Origin: Mustelus asterias
Lineage: Eukaryota
DNA: 63,906 nt
Reading direction: 5' to 3'
Assembly: GCF_964213995.1 (NCBI RefSeq)
Contig: NW_027590205.1
Span: 682,001 to 745,906, forward strand
Positions 38,289 to 51,900 of the stretch are shown in pieces. Both the position numbers and the translations under genes were made by a program. Every line of letters begins with the position of its first letter. The stretch's first letter is position 1. A model generated the notes under the pieces. That model worked only from the letters and a program-made list of their open reading frames with translations, was not told where the DNA came from and did no database searches.

Positions 38289-39996
38289 CCACATTGGATT
38301 TGGTACTGGGAAATGAACCGGACCAAGTGTTAGATTTGGTTGTGGGAGAGCACTTTGGAGATAGTGACCACAATTTGGTGTCTTTCTTTATTGCAATGGA
38401 GAGGGATAGGGCTGTACGGCAGGGCAAGGTTTATAATTGGGGGAGGGGTAATTATGATGGGATTAGGCAAGAATTAGGGAGCATAAGACGGGAACAGAAA
38501 CTGTCAGGGAAAGGCACAAATGAAAAATGGAGCTTGTTCAAGGAACAAATACTGCATGTCCTTGATAGGTATGTCCCTGTCAGGCAGGGAGGAAATGGCC
38601 GAGTGAGGGAACCATGGTTCACAAAAGAGGTTGAATGTCTTGTCAAGAGGAAGAAGGAAGCGTATGTAAGGATGAGAAAGCAAGGTTCAGTTGGGTCCAT
38701 TGAGGGTTACAAGTTAGCAAGGAATGAGCTGAAAAAAGGGCTCAGGAGAGCTAGGAGGGAGCATGAGATGTCCTTGTGGGTCGGATCAAGGAAAACCCCA
38801 AGGCTTTTTACTCTTATGTGAGGAATAAAAGAATGACCAGGGTGAGGTTAGGGCCGGTCAAGGACAGTAGTGGGAACTTGTGCATGGAGTCAGAAGAGAT
38901 AGGAGAGGCGATGAATGAATACTTTTCTTCAGTGTTCACCAAGGAGAAGGGCCATGTTTTTGAGGATGAGAGTGTGATACAGGCTGATAGGCTGGAGGAG
39001 GCAGATGTTCTGAGGGAAGATGTATTAGCAATTTTGAAAAACCTGAAGGTCGATAAATCCCCTGGGCCAGATGAGATATTTCCTAGGATTCTTTGGGAGG
39101 CAAGGGATGAGATTGCAGAGCCTTTGGCTTTGATCTTTGGGTCCTCACTGTCCACGGGGATAGTGCCAGAGGACTGGAGAGTGGCGAATGTTCAAGAAAG
39201 GAAATAGGAATGACCCTGGTAATTATAGACCGGTTTGTCTTACTTCGGTGGTTGGTAAGTTAATGGAAAAGGTCCTGAGGGATAGGATTTACGACCATTT
39301 AGAAAGATGCAGCTTAATCCGGGATAGTCAACACGGATTCGTGAAGGGTAAGTCTTGCCTCACAAATTTGATTGAATTTTTTGAGGAGGTAACTAAGTGT
39401 GTCAATGAAGGTGGAGCAGTTGATGTCATATACATGGATTTTAGTAAGGCGTTTGATAAGGTCCCCCATGGTCAGCTCATGAAGAAAGTAAGGAGGTGTG
39501 GGATAGAGGGAAATTTGGCACTGGAAAGAGTGCAAAGGAGATTTACCAGGATGCTGCCTGGTTTGGAGGGTAGGTCTTATGAGGAAAGGTTGAGGGAGCT
39601 AGGGCTTTTCTCTTTAGAGTGGAGGAGATTGAGAGGCGACTTCATGGAGCTTTATAAGATGATGAGGGGGGAGAGATAGAGTGGATGTTCAGAGACTATT
39701 TCCTCGGGTGGATGTAGCTGTTACTAGGAGGCATAACTATAAGGTTCATGGTGGGAGATATAGGAGGGATGTATGAGGTAGGTTCTTTACTCAGAGAGTG
39801 GTTGGGGTGTGGAATGGACTGCCTGCTGTGATAGTGGAGTCAGACACTTTAGGAACATTTAAGTGGTTATTGGATAGGCACATGGAGCACACCAGGATGA
39901 TAGGGAGTGGGATAGCTTGATTTTGGTTTCGGAAAAGGTTTGGCACAACATCGTGGGCTGAAGGGCCTGTTCTGTGCTGTACTGTTCTATGTTCTA
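38289..39996 (+). mobile_element. CR1 LINE, 5'-truncated and internally deleted
   Basis: Same family as 17488-22509; jumps from GIEGNLA to LERVQRR near 39518. Confidence 0.9.
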
Positions 39997-40124
39997 TCTC
40001 ATGTACAGATAGTTGCCCCCATCATGATGCTTTCCAAAACTCCTTACCTACCATCCTTGGGCTTTCTTTGTACTGAGATTCCCTTCGTTTGAAAAGGGGT
40101 GGATTAAAAGTTCTCAAAATTAGT

Positions 40125-40410
40125 TTTTTTTAAAGTTTATTTATTTGTCACAAGTAAGGCTTGCATTAACACTGCAATGAAGCTACTGTGAAATTCCCCC
40201 AGTTGCCACACTCCGGTGCCTGTTCAGGTCAATGCACCCTAACCAGCACGTCTTTCAGACTGAGAGAGGAAACCAGAGCAGCCGAAGGAAACCCAAGCAG
40301 ACACGGGGAGAATATGCAAACTCCACACAGACAGAGACCCAAGCCGGGAATCGAACCCGGGTCCCTGGCGCTGTGACGCAGCAGTGCTAAAAACTGTGCC
40401 ACCATGCCGT
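40125..40410 (-). mobile_element. HE1-like SINE
   Basis: Reverse complement of the tRNA head (gggaatcgaacccgggtcc...gcagtgcta) and core tgcaaactccacacaga. Confidence 0.8.
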
Positions 40411-41794
40411 CACTGTCACTGTGCCACCATGGATGTCAGCGCCCTTTCTTTGTTTTAATCTAATGACCACATGGTCTGGGAATCATTTCTATTTCATAAT
40501 TTCTCCTTTTCAACACTTTCCTTCAGTATCCAATTCCAGAATTTTCCTTTTCATTGTGTTAATTGCGTCAGGAATAAATCTTTGGATCCGACAGGAAGTT
40601 TAACTCAAGATCAATCCAACACAGGATTGGTCAGAATCATTTCACATGTCCCAAATTTTAAATAACCATTACAAATTAAAATTCTCATTCTCACGTGTGA
40701 ATTGTATCTGGATTGAAATTCCTGCATGTTTAGTAAACTATCCTGGAATCCTGTCTCTGGCCAGTAAATATGGTTCCAGGTTCATAACTTATGAAAAAAA
40801 GCTTTATTAATCACACTTACTTTTTTAAAATCTGTTTGATTTAAATCACAGACAGAAAGCCTCAAAGCTTGAAGCATTGAATCCATAAATATCATCCATA
40901 CACAAGCAGAGAAACTTAGCATGTGCTTTACAACAACAATAACCAGAATGAATTTCTTAAGCGTTCTTGTGGTTCTGCTTTTAAACTTCCAGAAATGCCT
41001 TTAATTAAAGACTCAAGATAAGGTTAATTTCCCAGAAAGATAAACCTTAACAAATGTAGCCCAAAACAATGATAAAACGCATCTACAAACATCCATAAAA
41101 CAAATGAAACATGCAGGTTCTCACAGCTTGTAAATTTCAAGCAATGAATCGTCAGCATTCTCTCTCTCTCAGCTATAGCTTCTTAAAGCGACAGAGCACT
41201 ACAAGCTCACAACTCCTTGAATAAGATACAAGATCCTTCATTCTAACCGTTTTTAGCCAACTTCCAAGACCTGATTCATAGGCAAAATCGCAAACAAGTT
41301 GCCACCGGAAAAATCTTTGTTCTTTACCTGGGGTTGAGGTGACAACACGATAAAATTCTCAGTTATTCCAAATTCCTCCAGGCTATGCGTAAATTTCCAC
41401 ATTTAACTGGATCCCATAAATCCTCAATTATAAACTAAAATAGACAGATGAGTTTCTGAGTGATTTAAAAACAAATCAAATGTCTGCTGAAAGGATTAAC
41501 TTTTCTACAGAACCTAAAGGGGTGGGGAGTGAGCGGGAAAAACTTGGCACACAATTACGTCACTTTGTACAAGTTTAAAAAACTTCTCTATCAACCAAAC
41601 AAACTTGATTTTAAACTTCATCGATTAATTTTTTATTATTTTCCTCAACCTAATTATTTTCATTTGATCAGTTTTTGTTAGGGATGGGTAACTTCTGTTC
41701 TTTATAAACTGGTTCACTCATTTTGTTAATTCTACATGGGCTCGGGAATCAGAACCCAGACTTTATCATCCTGACCATTTTAGTCCTTTTGCCA

Positions 41795-42400
41795 CCAGAG
41801 GGGAACAATGGGTGGGGGCGGGGCTCCCGGGTCCGATCGCCCGCCAGGGCCTGCGCACTGGAACCCGGAGACGTCACCGCGGAGCAGAGTGATTCCGATT
41901 GGTTGATTCAGGCAGGCCTCCATTGTGATGTCACAATGCGGAAGTTGGCCAATGAGCTTCAGAGTGAAACTCCCTCCTCTGGACAACATCTGGGAGGAAA
42001 TCAATGTTTCCCCGTTTCCATTTCTTTTCTCATTCTGGGGGAAATTGGGGACTTGCAGCAACTGAAGGGAAAGGAAGTGAATTCAGTCTGTATATTCCAC
42101 ACATTTAACTCCAGTAATGTAGACATTTATCTGTCTGGCAGCCTGCAGGGAAATTTTCAGCTCTCTGTGTCCAGGGCAGGAAGCAGTGAGCATGGATCTG
42201 TCAAACAGCCTCAATCAGCACCTTCAGGAGAATTGGGAGGGTGAATATTAGATACAGCAGAGTGAGAATGGAGGGAGAGTGTGTGGGAGGGAGATTCACA
42301 GCTTTGGGGAATGAGAGAGGAAAGAATGTTCCATAGAAATTAGAATAGTCTGTTCTCAATTTCTCTCCTGTGCTGACAGTGATGACTTTTGTAAATTCCT
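41795..42400 (+). promoter_or_regulatory. Orphan copy of a ZNF promoter/5'-exon module
   Basis: Near-identical to 50205-50810, but no ZNF exon follows on the + strand. Confidence 0.7.
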
Positions 42401-43031
42401 TGATTTCTTTAAAACAAAAATTAAACATTCCCATTTGATTTCAGGGATTAACATATTCTGTTAGTTTGTTCTTTATTGTCAATGTCAGGCTGGGGTTGTT
42501 CCTCTTGGAGCAAAGGAGGTTGAGGGGAGATTTGATAGAGGTGGACAAGATTCTGACAGGTTTAGATAAGGTGGACAAAGAAAAGCTGTTCCCATTAGCT
42601 GACGGGACAAGGACGAGGGGGGTCACAGATTTATGGTTTTGGGTCAGAGAGGAAGGGGGGACGTGAGGAAGAATATTTTGATGCAGCGAATGGTTATGAC
42701 CTGGAACTCGCTGCCTACAAGGGTGAAGGACAATAAACAATTACAAAGGAAATTGGTTGGACATTTGGGGCGTTTCAAACAGAAATGCTGACTAAATATC
42801 TCTGAACTTCCTAACACTGTCACTCTGTGATCCTTGAGAAATCTGAAACCAGGTATTCGCAACAAGACTCAAAGAGCATCAGCCCACTGGAGGCAAAGTC
42901 GTGAGACCGACCAGTCCAGCAGAAAGAAACCCTCCGACCCTCCCCAATGACCAACTGTGAGAATGAACAAAATGCAGTCCTGGATGTAATTGAGAGCAGA
43001 AACAATAACAGCAGAATCCAAAGCCCTGGAA

Positions 43032-44378
43032 TCACTCATGAACCTTTTGGTGTCTCAGCAGGTGGGATGAAACTCTGAATCCCTTCCCACACTGAGAGCA
43101 GGTGAATGGCCTCTCCCCAGTGTGAATGCGCTGGTGTGTCCGCAGGTCAGATAATTGACTGAACCCCTTCCCACACTGAGAGCAGGTGAATGGTTTCTCC
43201 CCAGTGTGAACTCGCTGGTGTCTCTGCAGGGTGGATAAATCAGTGAATCCCTTGCCACACTGAGAGCAGGTGAACGGTCTCTCCCCAGTGTGAATTCGCT
43301 GGTGCGTCTGGAGGTTAGATAATTGACTGAACCCCTTCCCACACTGAGAGCAGGTGAAAGGCCACTCCCCAGTGTGAACTCGCTGGTGTCTCCGCAGGGT
43401 GGATAAATCAGTGAATCCCTTCCCACACTGAGAGCAGGTGAATGGTCTCTCCCCAGTGTGAATTCGCTGGTGCGTCTGCAGGTTAGATAATTGACTGAAT
43501 CCCTTCCCACACTGAGAGCAGGTGAATGGCCACTCCCCAGTGTGAACTCGCTGATGTGCCTGCAGGCTGGATAACTGACAGAATCCCTTCTCACACTGAG
43601 AGCAGGTGAATGGCCTTTCCCCAGTGTGAACTCGCTGGTGTGTCTGCAGGTTAGATAATTGACTGAATCCCTTCCCACACTGAGAGCAGGTGAATGGCCT
43701 CTCCCCAGTGTGAACTCGCTGGTGTCTCCGCAGGGTGAATAAATCAGTGAATCCCTTCTCACACTGAGAGCAGGTGAACGGTCTCTCCCCAGTGTGAACA
43801 CGCAGGTGCGTCTGCAGCTTAGATAATTGACTGAATCCCTTCTCACACTGAGAGCAGGTGAACGGCCTCTCCCCAGTGTGAACTCGCTGGTGTCTCCGCA
43901 GGGTGGATAAATCAGTGAATCCTTTCTCACACTGAGAGCAGGTGAATGGTCTCTCCCCAGTGTGAACTCGCTCGTGTCTCTGCAGGTTAGCTAATTGACT
44001 GAACCCCTTCTCACACTCAGAGCAGGTGAACGGCCTCTCCCCAGTGTGAACTCGCTGGTGATTCCGCAGGCTGGATAAATCAGTGAATCCCTTCTCACAC
44101 TGAGAGCAGGTGAACGGTCTCTCCCCAGTATGAACTCGCTGGTGTGCCTGCAGGCTGGATAACTGAGTGAATCCCTTCCCACACTGAGAGCAGGTGAATG
44201 GTCTCTCCCCAGTATGAACTCGCTGGTGTGCCTGCAGGTGAGATAACCGAGTGAATCCCTCCCCACACTGAGAGCAAGTAAATGGTCTCTCCCCAGTGTG
44301 GCTGCGCCGATGAGCTTCCAGCTCATGTGGGTATCTGTATCCCTTCCCACAGTCTGCACATTTCCATGGTTTCTCCAT
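43032..44378 (-). CDS. C2H2 zinc-finger protein, 16 tandem fingers
   Basis: [11 protein letters not shown] repeats in an open frame from ATG 44378; splice acceptor tttacag with exon start at 44702; no KRAB or SET domain seen. Confidence 0.9.
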   Translation of the reverse strand: MEKPWKCADCGKGYRYPHELEAHRRSHTGERPFTCSQCGEGFTRLSHLQAHQRVHTGERPFTCSQCGKGFTQLSSLQAHQRVHTGERPFTCSQCEKGFTDLSSLRNHQRVHTGERPFTCSECEKGFSQLANLQRHERVHTGERPFTCSQCEKGFTDLSTLRRHQRVHTGERPFTCSQCEKGFSQLSKLQTHLRVHTGERPFTCSQCEKGFTDLFTLRRHQRVHTGERPFTCSQCGKGFSQLSNLQTHQRVHTGERPFTCSQCEKGFCQLSSLQAHQRVHTGEWPFTCSQCGKGFSQLSNLQTHQRIHTGERPFTCSQCGKGFTDLSTLRRHQRVHTGEWPFTCSQCGKGFSQLSNLQTHQRIHTGERPFTCSQCGKGFTDLSTLQRHQRVHTGEKPFTCSQCGKGFSQLSDLRTHQRIHTGERPFTCSQCGKGFRVSSHLLRHQKVHE

Positions 44379-45411
44379 GGTGCAGGTGTCCTTGCCTCTC
44401 TCTTCAGTTGAAGACTCGTCCACACACAGAACAGTCCCCCCACCCCCGCTGTGAATGGTGTGATATTTATTCAGGCTGTGTAACTGGTTCAAGCTCAGTG
44501 CACTGGAACACTCTCACTCCTGTGTGGCAATGTGTTGGCGCTTTTACAGTCACATTAATGTTTGAAATCTTTTCAAGTCATCAGGCCGGACAACCATTTC
44601 TCCTCGATTCAAAGGCCAATGTTATTCAGGTCCCAAGGAATGTGACTGTCAGATCTAGATGTGACGTTTGAGATTTCAGCCTGTGATTCCTCTTTCAATA
44701 TCCTGTAAAACAAGTTTAGAGAAGTCATCAGTGTCAGTGCAGGATAGAAATTCAGAACACACAATTCTAGTTTCTATGGAACATTCTTTCCTCTCTCCAG
44801 ACTCGAAACATTGGCTCTTTTCTCTCTCCATCTGGTGGATAGCGTGGGAAATGATGCTGTGGTAGATCAGCCAATTTTCAATGAATGGTTGAGGCAATTC
44901 GATGGGCTGAATGGCCAACTGCAGCTCCTGTTTCTTATGATTTGTGTGTGGTGGACAGGAAGCAGTGAGCATGGATCCGTCAATCAGCCTCAATCAGCAC
45001 CTTCAGGAGAATTGGGAGGGTGGATATTAGATACAGCAGAGTGAGAATGGAGGGAGAGTGTGTGGGATGGAGATTTACAGCTTTTGGGGAACGAGAGAGG
45101 AAAGAATGTTCATTAGAATCATAGAGTTCTTACATCTGATCAACCGTCCCTGAGCCTTCACAATGAATCTCTCTTCTCAGGACACTCTTATCTCTGACTT
45201 GTCTGTGCTGCTCGCAGTCTCACAAAGCAGCTGCCTGTGTGCTGATACAAGGGGCCCTGCGAGGCAAGTTTAATGCTCCATGACTGTGTCTTTAATGACT
45301 GAATAACTATAGGAATATGGTCAAGTCAGCTAAATCACATGATGCTTTATATTTCGGTTAGTAACGGTCCATTTTGTTAACATAGCACATTTGGATATAT
45401 AAATACATATA

Positions 45412-45590
45412 AAAGCAAAATATTGCGGATGCTGGAATCTTAAACCAAAACAGAAAATGCTGGAAAATGTCAGCAGGTCTGACAGCATCTGTGGAGAGAG
45501 AATAGAGCCAACATTTAAAGTCTGGATGACCCTTCATCAGAGTTCTGACAAAGGGTCATCCAGACTCGAAACGTTGGTCTATTCTCTCTC
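45412..45590. mobile_element. Penelope-type pLTR remnant with inverted repeat
   Basis: tgcggatgctggaatc...aaaatgctgga head; inverted arms 45494-45540 and 45545-45590. Confidence 0.7.
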
Positions 45591-46189
45591 TATAAATATA
45601 TATAGGACAGCTGCCTCAGCCTTGGCCCACTCTAACACATGCACGAAGCAGGGCTGACTATGTGGAAATGCTCAGATTATAGTTTCCTGCCTTCTCTGTA
45701 ACAGCGAGTGAAAATGTTTTTCGGCTTGCAGACCTTCAAAGGAGTCAGTGTCTGCTATTTCAGCACGAACAGGCTAATCTTCACCTACGTAGGCCCCAGA
45801 ACATTCTGCTTTTCGGCCTTCACCAGAGGGTGAGCAAGACCAGATTTCTCCATAACAAATACCAAAGGCGAGATATGGGGATATGCTATGCAAATAAAAG
45901 ATGAGCAGAAGTCAATTTTGAATGTGAAAGAGTGAAAAGCTAGGATTTAATTGGCGAATATGTCCGTCAATGAAGGATTAGAAACATTCCTGGTTTCTGA
46001 TTTGCTGTAATTGACTATTATTGCCAAGTTATTTTTCTGTAACATCAGAACCACTTGCGGGACAGCTGCACAGGGTTTCTCATTGTGCACAAGTTATTAA
46101 AGGCCCCACATTCGATTGTGCGTGGTGTCCAGTGCTGTTTGTACTCAAGTCGACTAAGAATGCCTAAAGTTGCTGTGACCCAGGATCTC

Positions 46190-49100
46190 TGACAACTCTC
46201 CCTAACCAGACCTTGACTATCCAAAGGTTGGTCAGAATCCTCTCCAGTAACTTACCCGCCACTGTTGTCAGGCTCACCGGCCTGTAATTACCAGGCTTCT
46301 CTTTGCAACCCTTCTTAAACAATGGAACAACATTAGCCAATCTCTCGTCTTCCAGAACTTTGTCAGTGGAAAGGGATGAAGCAAATACCTCTGCAAGACC
46401 CTCTGCAATTTCTTCCCCAAACTCCCACAAGATCCAAGGATGCACTTGATTTGATTTATTGTTGTCACACGTATTAGTATACAGTGAAAAGAATTGTTTC
46501 TTGTGGCTATACTGACAAAGCATACAGTTCATAGAGAAGGAAAGGAGAGAGTGCAGAATGTAGTGTTACAGTCATAGCTAAGGTGGACAGAAAGATCAAC
46601 TTAGAGCGAGGTAGGTCCATTCAAAAGTCTGATGGCAACAGGGAAGAAGCTGTTCTTGAGTTGGTTGGTACGTGAGCTCAGACTTTTGTATCGTTCCCTC
46701 AAAGGAAAAAGGTGGAAGAGAGAATCTCCGGGGTGCGAGGGTTGATTATGCTGGCTGCTTTTCCGAGGCAACCGGATGTGTACACAGAGTCAATGGATGG
46801 GAGGCAGGTTTGGGTGATGGACTGGGCTTCATTCACAATCCTTTGAGAAACACTTTGTTGAGAAAAGCATGGATATTAAGGAACTCGAGGAAATAAATCG
46901 TGATGACTTGAGGAGTGCACATATAACAGAGAAGGTGGTGTTGGATGTTTTAAAGCGCATCAAGGTAGATAAATCCCCGGGAACTGATGAAGTGTATCCC
47001 AGGACATTGTGGAAGGCTAGGGAGGAAATTATGGGTCCCCTAGCAGAGATATTTGAATCATCAATAGTCACAGGTGAGGTGCCTGAAGATTGGAGGGTGG
47101 CAAATGTTGTGCCTTTGTTTAAAAAGGGCTGCAGGTAAAAGTATGGGAACGAGAGGCCGGTGAGCCTCACATCTGTAGGGGGTAAGTTGTTAGAAGGTAT
47201 TTTGAGAGTCAGGATCTGCAGGAATTTAGAGATGCAAGGACTGATTAGGGGCAGTCAGCAAGGCTTTGAGAGTGGAAAATCATGTCTCACAAATTTGATT
47301 GAGTTTTTTGAAGAGGTAACTAAGAAGGTAAATGAGGGCAGTGCAGTTGATGTTGTCTACATGGATTTTAGCAAGGCCTTTGACAAGGTACCATATGGTA
47401 GGTTGTTGCATAAGGTTAAATCTCACGGGATCCAGGGTAAGGTAGCCAAATGGATACAAAATTGGCTTGGTGACAGAAGACAGAGGATAGTTGTGGAGGG
47501 TTGTTTTTCAAACTGGAGGTCTGTTATTTGTCATTTATATTAATGATTTGGATGAGAATTTAGGAATGATTTGGATGAGAATTTAGTAGGCATGGTTAGT
47601 AAGTTTATAGATGACACCAAGATTGGTAGCATAGTGATCAGTGAGGAAGGTTATTGAGGATTGCGATGGGATCCTGATCAATTGGGCCAGTGGGCTGACG
47701 AATGGCAGATGGAGTTTAATTCAGACAAATGCGAAGTGATGCATTTTGGTAGATTGAACCAGGGCAGGACTTACTCAGTTAATGGTTGGGCATTGGGGAG
47801 AGATACAGAACAAAGAGATCTAGAGGTACAGGTTCATAGCTCCTTGAAAGTGGAGTCACAGGTGGACAGAGTGGTGAAGAAGGCATTCGGCATGCTTGGT
47901 TTCATTGGTCAGAACAGTGAATACAGGAGTTGGGACGTCTTGTTGAAGTTGTAAAAGACATTGGTAATGCCACACTTGGAATACTGTGTACAGTTCTGGT
48001 CACCCTATTATAGAAAGGATATTATTAAACTAGAAAGAGTGCAGAAAAGATTTACTAGGATGCTACCATGACTTGATGGTTTGAGTTATAAGGAGAGGCT
48101 GGATAGACTGGGAATTTTTTCCTCTGGAGTGTAGGAGGCTTAGGAGTGAACTTATAGAGGTCTGTAAAATAATGAGGGGCATAGACCTGCTGGTCAATAT
48201 CTTTTCCCAAAGGTAGGGGAGTTTAAAACTAAAGGGCATATGTTTAAGGTGAGAGGGAAGAGATATAAAAGGGTCCAGAGGGGCAATTTCTTTCACACAG
48301 AGTGTTGTGAGTGTCTGGAATAAGCTGCCAGAGGTAGTAGTAGAGGCGGGTACAATTTTGTCTTTTAAAAAGCATTTAGACAGTTACATGGGTAAGATGG
48401 GTATAGAGGGATATGCGCCAAACACGGGCAATTGGGACTAGCTTCGGGGTTAAAAAAAGGGGCAGCATGGACAAGCTGGGCCAAAGGGCTTGCTTCCATG
48501 CTGTAAACCTGTATGACTCTATGACTTTGTAGTTTCCTGTGGTCTTGGGCAGAGCTGGAGCTATACCAAGCTGTGATACAACCAGAAAGAATGCTCTCGA
48601 TGGCGCATCTGTAAAAGTTGGTGAGAGTCGTAGAAGAAATGCCAAATTTCCTTCGTCTCCTGAGAAATAGAGGCATTGATCAGGCCCAGAAGATTTATCC
48701 ACCTTAACGCACTTCAGGGCTGCAATACCTCCTCCCTAGTAATATGCGTGTGGCCCGAGACATCACCACTTGTTTCCCTTATTGCTTTAGCACCCATCAT
48801 GTTTCCCTCAGTAAACACCAAGGAGAAATATCCATTAAAAATCTCACCCATCTCCTGTGGCTCCATGCTCAGATGGCCATGCTGATTTTTAAGGGAACCT
48901 ATTCTCTCTCTCTCGAGCCACCGTTTTACTCTCAGTATAGTTACAGAACCTCTTGGGATTTTCTTCAACCTTACCTGCCAGATCCATATCATACCCTCTT
49001 TTTGCCCTTCTGATTTCTTCTCAAGTGTTCCCTTACACGTTTTATAGTCATAGAGGTTTACAGCATGGAAACAGGCCCTTCGGCCCAACTTCTCCATGCC

Positions 49101-49570
49101 ACCCTTTTTTTAATGACTCAGCAAATCCCAATTGCCTGCGTGTCACCCATATCCCTCGATAGTCATCTTACTCATGTCACTGTCTAAATGCTTTTTAAAA
49201 GACAAGTGTACCAGTCTCTACTATTACCTGTGGCAGCTTGTTCCAGACATTGAGGGATTTACTTGTCCCCGATTGCCTAAACCCAATGTATGCTTCCTTC
49301 TTTTACTTGGCCAGAGCCTCAATATCCCTTGTCAGCCAGGGATCCCTATATTTATCATTCTTTCCCTTCACTCTAACAGGAATATACTACTCCTGGACTC
49401 TTTATCACACTTTTAAAAGCCTCACATTTGCCAGTCATTCCTTTCCCTTCAAACAAACTCACCGAATCGAAATCTGCTGGATCCTACCTAATGCTGACAA
49501 AATTGGCCCTACTCCAGTTTAGGGTTTGAACCTGTGGACACGCCTTATCTTTTTCCAGAACTATTTAAAA
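46190..49570. mobile_element. Patchwork of CR1/LINE fragments; main piece CR1 46845-48520 (+)
   Basis: [22 protein letters not shown], with stops and frameshifts. Confidence 0.85.
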
Positions 49571-49712
49571 ACTAATGGTGTTTTGCTCAGAGTCTGCAGC
49601 CTCCCTGGATTCACTTCCTTTTCTTTCCCTTCAGTTGCTGCAAGTCCCCAATTTCCCCCAGAATGAGAAAAGAAATGGAAAAGGGGGACAAAAGAAAGTG
49701 TTTTACTCACAG

Positions 49713-49864
49713 GATAAAAGCAAATTACTGCGGATGCTGGAATCTGAAACCAAAAGAGAAAATGCTGGAAAATCTCAAAGCTTGGACTCGAAAGGTCAGG
49801 TCTTTTCTCTCCTTACTGATGCTGCCAGACCTGCTGAGATTTTCCAGCATTTTCTCGTTTGGTA
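49713..49864. mobile_element. Short Penelope-derived inverted-repeat insertion
   Basis: Inverted arms accaaaagagaaaatgctggaaaatctca / tgagattttccagcattttctcgtttggt; flanking duplication ttttactcacag at 49701-49712 and 49865-49876. Confidence 0.65.
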
Positions 49865-50034
49865 TTTTACTCACAGATGTTGGAGAGGGGAGGAAGTTTC
49901 AGTCTGTCTGAAGCTCAATCTTCATTCACACAAAGCCTGCGCTCTGATTGCTGGAGGACCAGAGTCCTTCCGGTCCTCCAACTCTTTCCATTGGTCAACA
50001 CTTCAAGCATAAAGGTCTGGGGGGTGGGCACTCC

Positions 50035-50091
50035 CCGGAACATGCGCAGCTTCCCCTCTCCCTTGCACATGCACAGTCCAGTTTTTTGGGT

Positions 50092-50124
<33 letters not shown>

Positions 50125-50660
50125 CGATCACCGAGCAGCTTCTCGCTCTGGCTGGAGCCGCCAACCGGTTGCCTGGAAACCTTGGCTCCAGTCGGTGGAG
50201 GGGGAGGGGAACAATGGGTGGGGGCGGGGCTCCCGGGTCCGCGCGCCCGGGCCTGCGCACTGGAACCCGGAGACGTCACCGCGGAGCACAGTGATTCCTA
50301 TTGGCTGATTCAGGCAGGCTCCATTGTGATGTCACAATACGGAAGTTGTCCAATGAGCTTCAGAGTGAAATTTCCTCCTCTGGGCAACATCTGGGAGGAA
50401 ATCAATGTTTCCCCCTTTCCATTTCTTTTCTCATTCTGGGGGAAATTGGGGACTTGCAGCAACTGAAGGGAAGGGAAAGGAAGTGAATCCAGTCTGTATA
50501 TTCCACACATTGTTCGGCCGGTCAGGTAGACATGTTCCTGTTTGGCAGCCTGCATGGAGATTTCCAGCTCTCTGTGTCCAGAACAGGAAGCAGTGAGCAT
50601 GGATCTGTCAATCAGCCTCAATCAGCACCTTCAGGAGAATTGGGAGGGTGAATATTAGAT
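50035..50660 (+). promoter_or_regulatory. GC-rich ZNF promoter and non-coding 5' exons
   Basis: NRF1-like catgcgca, GC box ggggcgggg, CRE-like gacgtca, ATTGG; small exon aacaggaagcagtgagc...gggagg followed by gtgaat. Confidence 0.6.
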
Positions 50661-51145
50661 ACAGCAGAGTGAGAATGGAGGGAGAGTGTGTGGGATGGAG
50701 ATTTACAGCTTTTGGAGAATGAGAGAGGAAAGAATGCTCCATAGAAACTGGAACTGTCTGTTCTGAATTTCTGTCCTGTACTGACACTGATGAATTTTGT
50801 AAATTCCTTTTGCAGGATATCAGAAGGCGAAAATTTAAAGACGAATATCAAACCAAACTTCACATCGAAATCTAACATCGTCACTCAGTTCATTGGGACC
50901 TGAATATCATCAACCTTTGAATCTAGAATGGAAATGTTTCTCTGCTTCAGGAGATTTTGAACATGTGTGACTGGAAAAGCACCGAGACACACACACACTG
51001 AAACATGCACACACCTGAGTGACTGTGGAAAGAACTTTAACCAGTTAAACAGCCTGAAAATACATTGCAGCAGAGAGACCGCACCCATGTTATGTTGTAA
51101 CTGAACTGATTGTCAAGCCTGGAGAGTCACAAGGACACCCGCACC

Positions 51146-51436
51146 ATGGAGAAATTGTGTAAATGTGGGAACTGTGGGAAAGGATTCAGGTACCCATCTG
51201 CACTGGAAACTCATCGGTGCAGTCACACTGGGGAGAGACCATTCGCCTGCCCTGTGTGTGGGAAGGGATTCAGTCAGTTATCCCATTTACAAACACACCA
51301 GGGAGTTCACACTGGGGAGAGGGCATTCACCTGCTCTGTGTGTGGGAAAGGATTCACTCAGTTATCCAACCTGCTGAAACACAAGATGTCAGAAGCACTG
51401 GAATCAGAGAAAAATTGCAATCTTCAAATATTCTAA
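51146..51436 (+). pseudogene. Truncated C2H2 zinc-finger gene (2 intact + 1 partial finger)
   Basis: [23 protein letters not shown]...; acceptor ttttgcag near 50815; the array ends abruptly. Confidence 0.7.
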
Positions 51437-51569
51437 CTCCCTGCAAAAGGAGATTACAAGAGTCATGTGTCAATTGTGGCTTGAAATTAAGAAATACACA
51501 TTTTTTGGGGGCTTGAGATTGCTGTAAAAATCCTCTTTTTCTAACCATCTGTAAAAGGAGATTCCAAAA

Positions 51570-51900
51570 CCACAGAATCTCTGCAATGCAGAAGGAGGCC
51601 TTTTAGCCGATCGAGTCTGCACCAAGTTTCTAACAGAGCACCTTTACTCAGGCCCTATCCCTGTAACCTGATGTACGTACATCACTAATCCTTTCCTTCC
51701 CCCTCATCTTGGGACACAAAGGGACAATTTAGCATAGTCGATCAACCCACTCTTTGGAGTGTGGGAGGAAACCAGAGCACCCAGAGGAAACCCACACAGA
51801 CAGAGGGAGAATGTGCAAACTCATACAGACAATCACCCGAGGCTGGAATTGAACCGGGTCTCTGGCGCTATGAGACAGAAGTGCTAACCACTGTGTCACC
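51570..51900 (-). mobile_element. HE1-like SINE
   Basis: ggaaaccagagcacccagaggaaacccac...gaattgaaccgggtc...gtgctaaccactgtg. Confidence 0.75.

Noticed and set aside
43055-44443. Overlapping alternative-frame ORFs (SEFTLGR repeats) and possible PRDM9 identity
   Set aside because: Shadow frames of ZNF arrays; no SET, KRAB or SSXRD exons seen
50087-50124. Poly-G tract giving poly-Gly/Pro ORFs (also poly-C at 62-91)
   Set aside because: Homopolymers of uncertain length with no coding evidence
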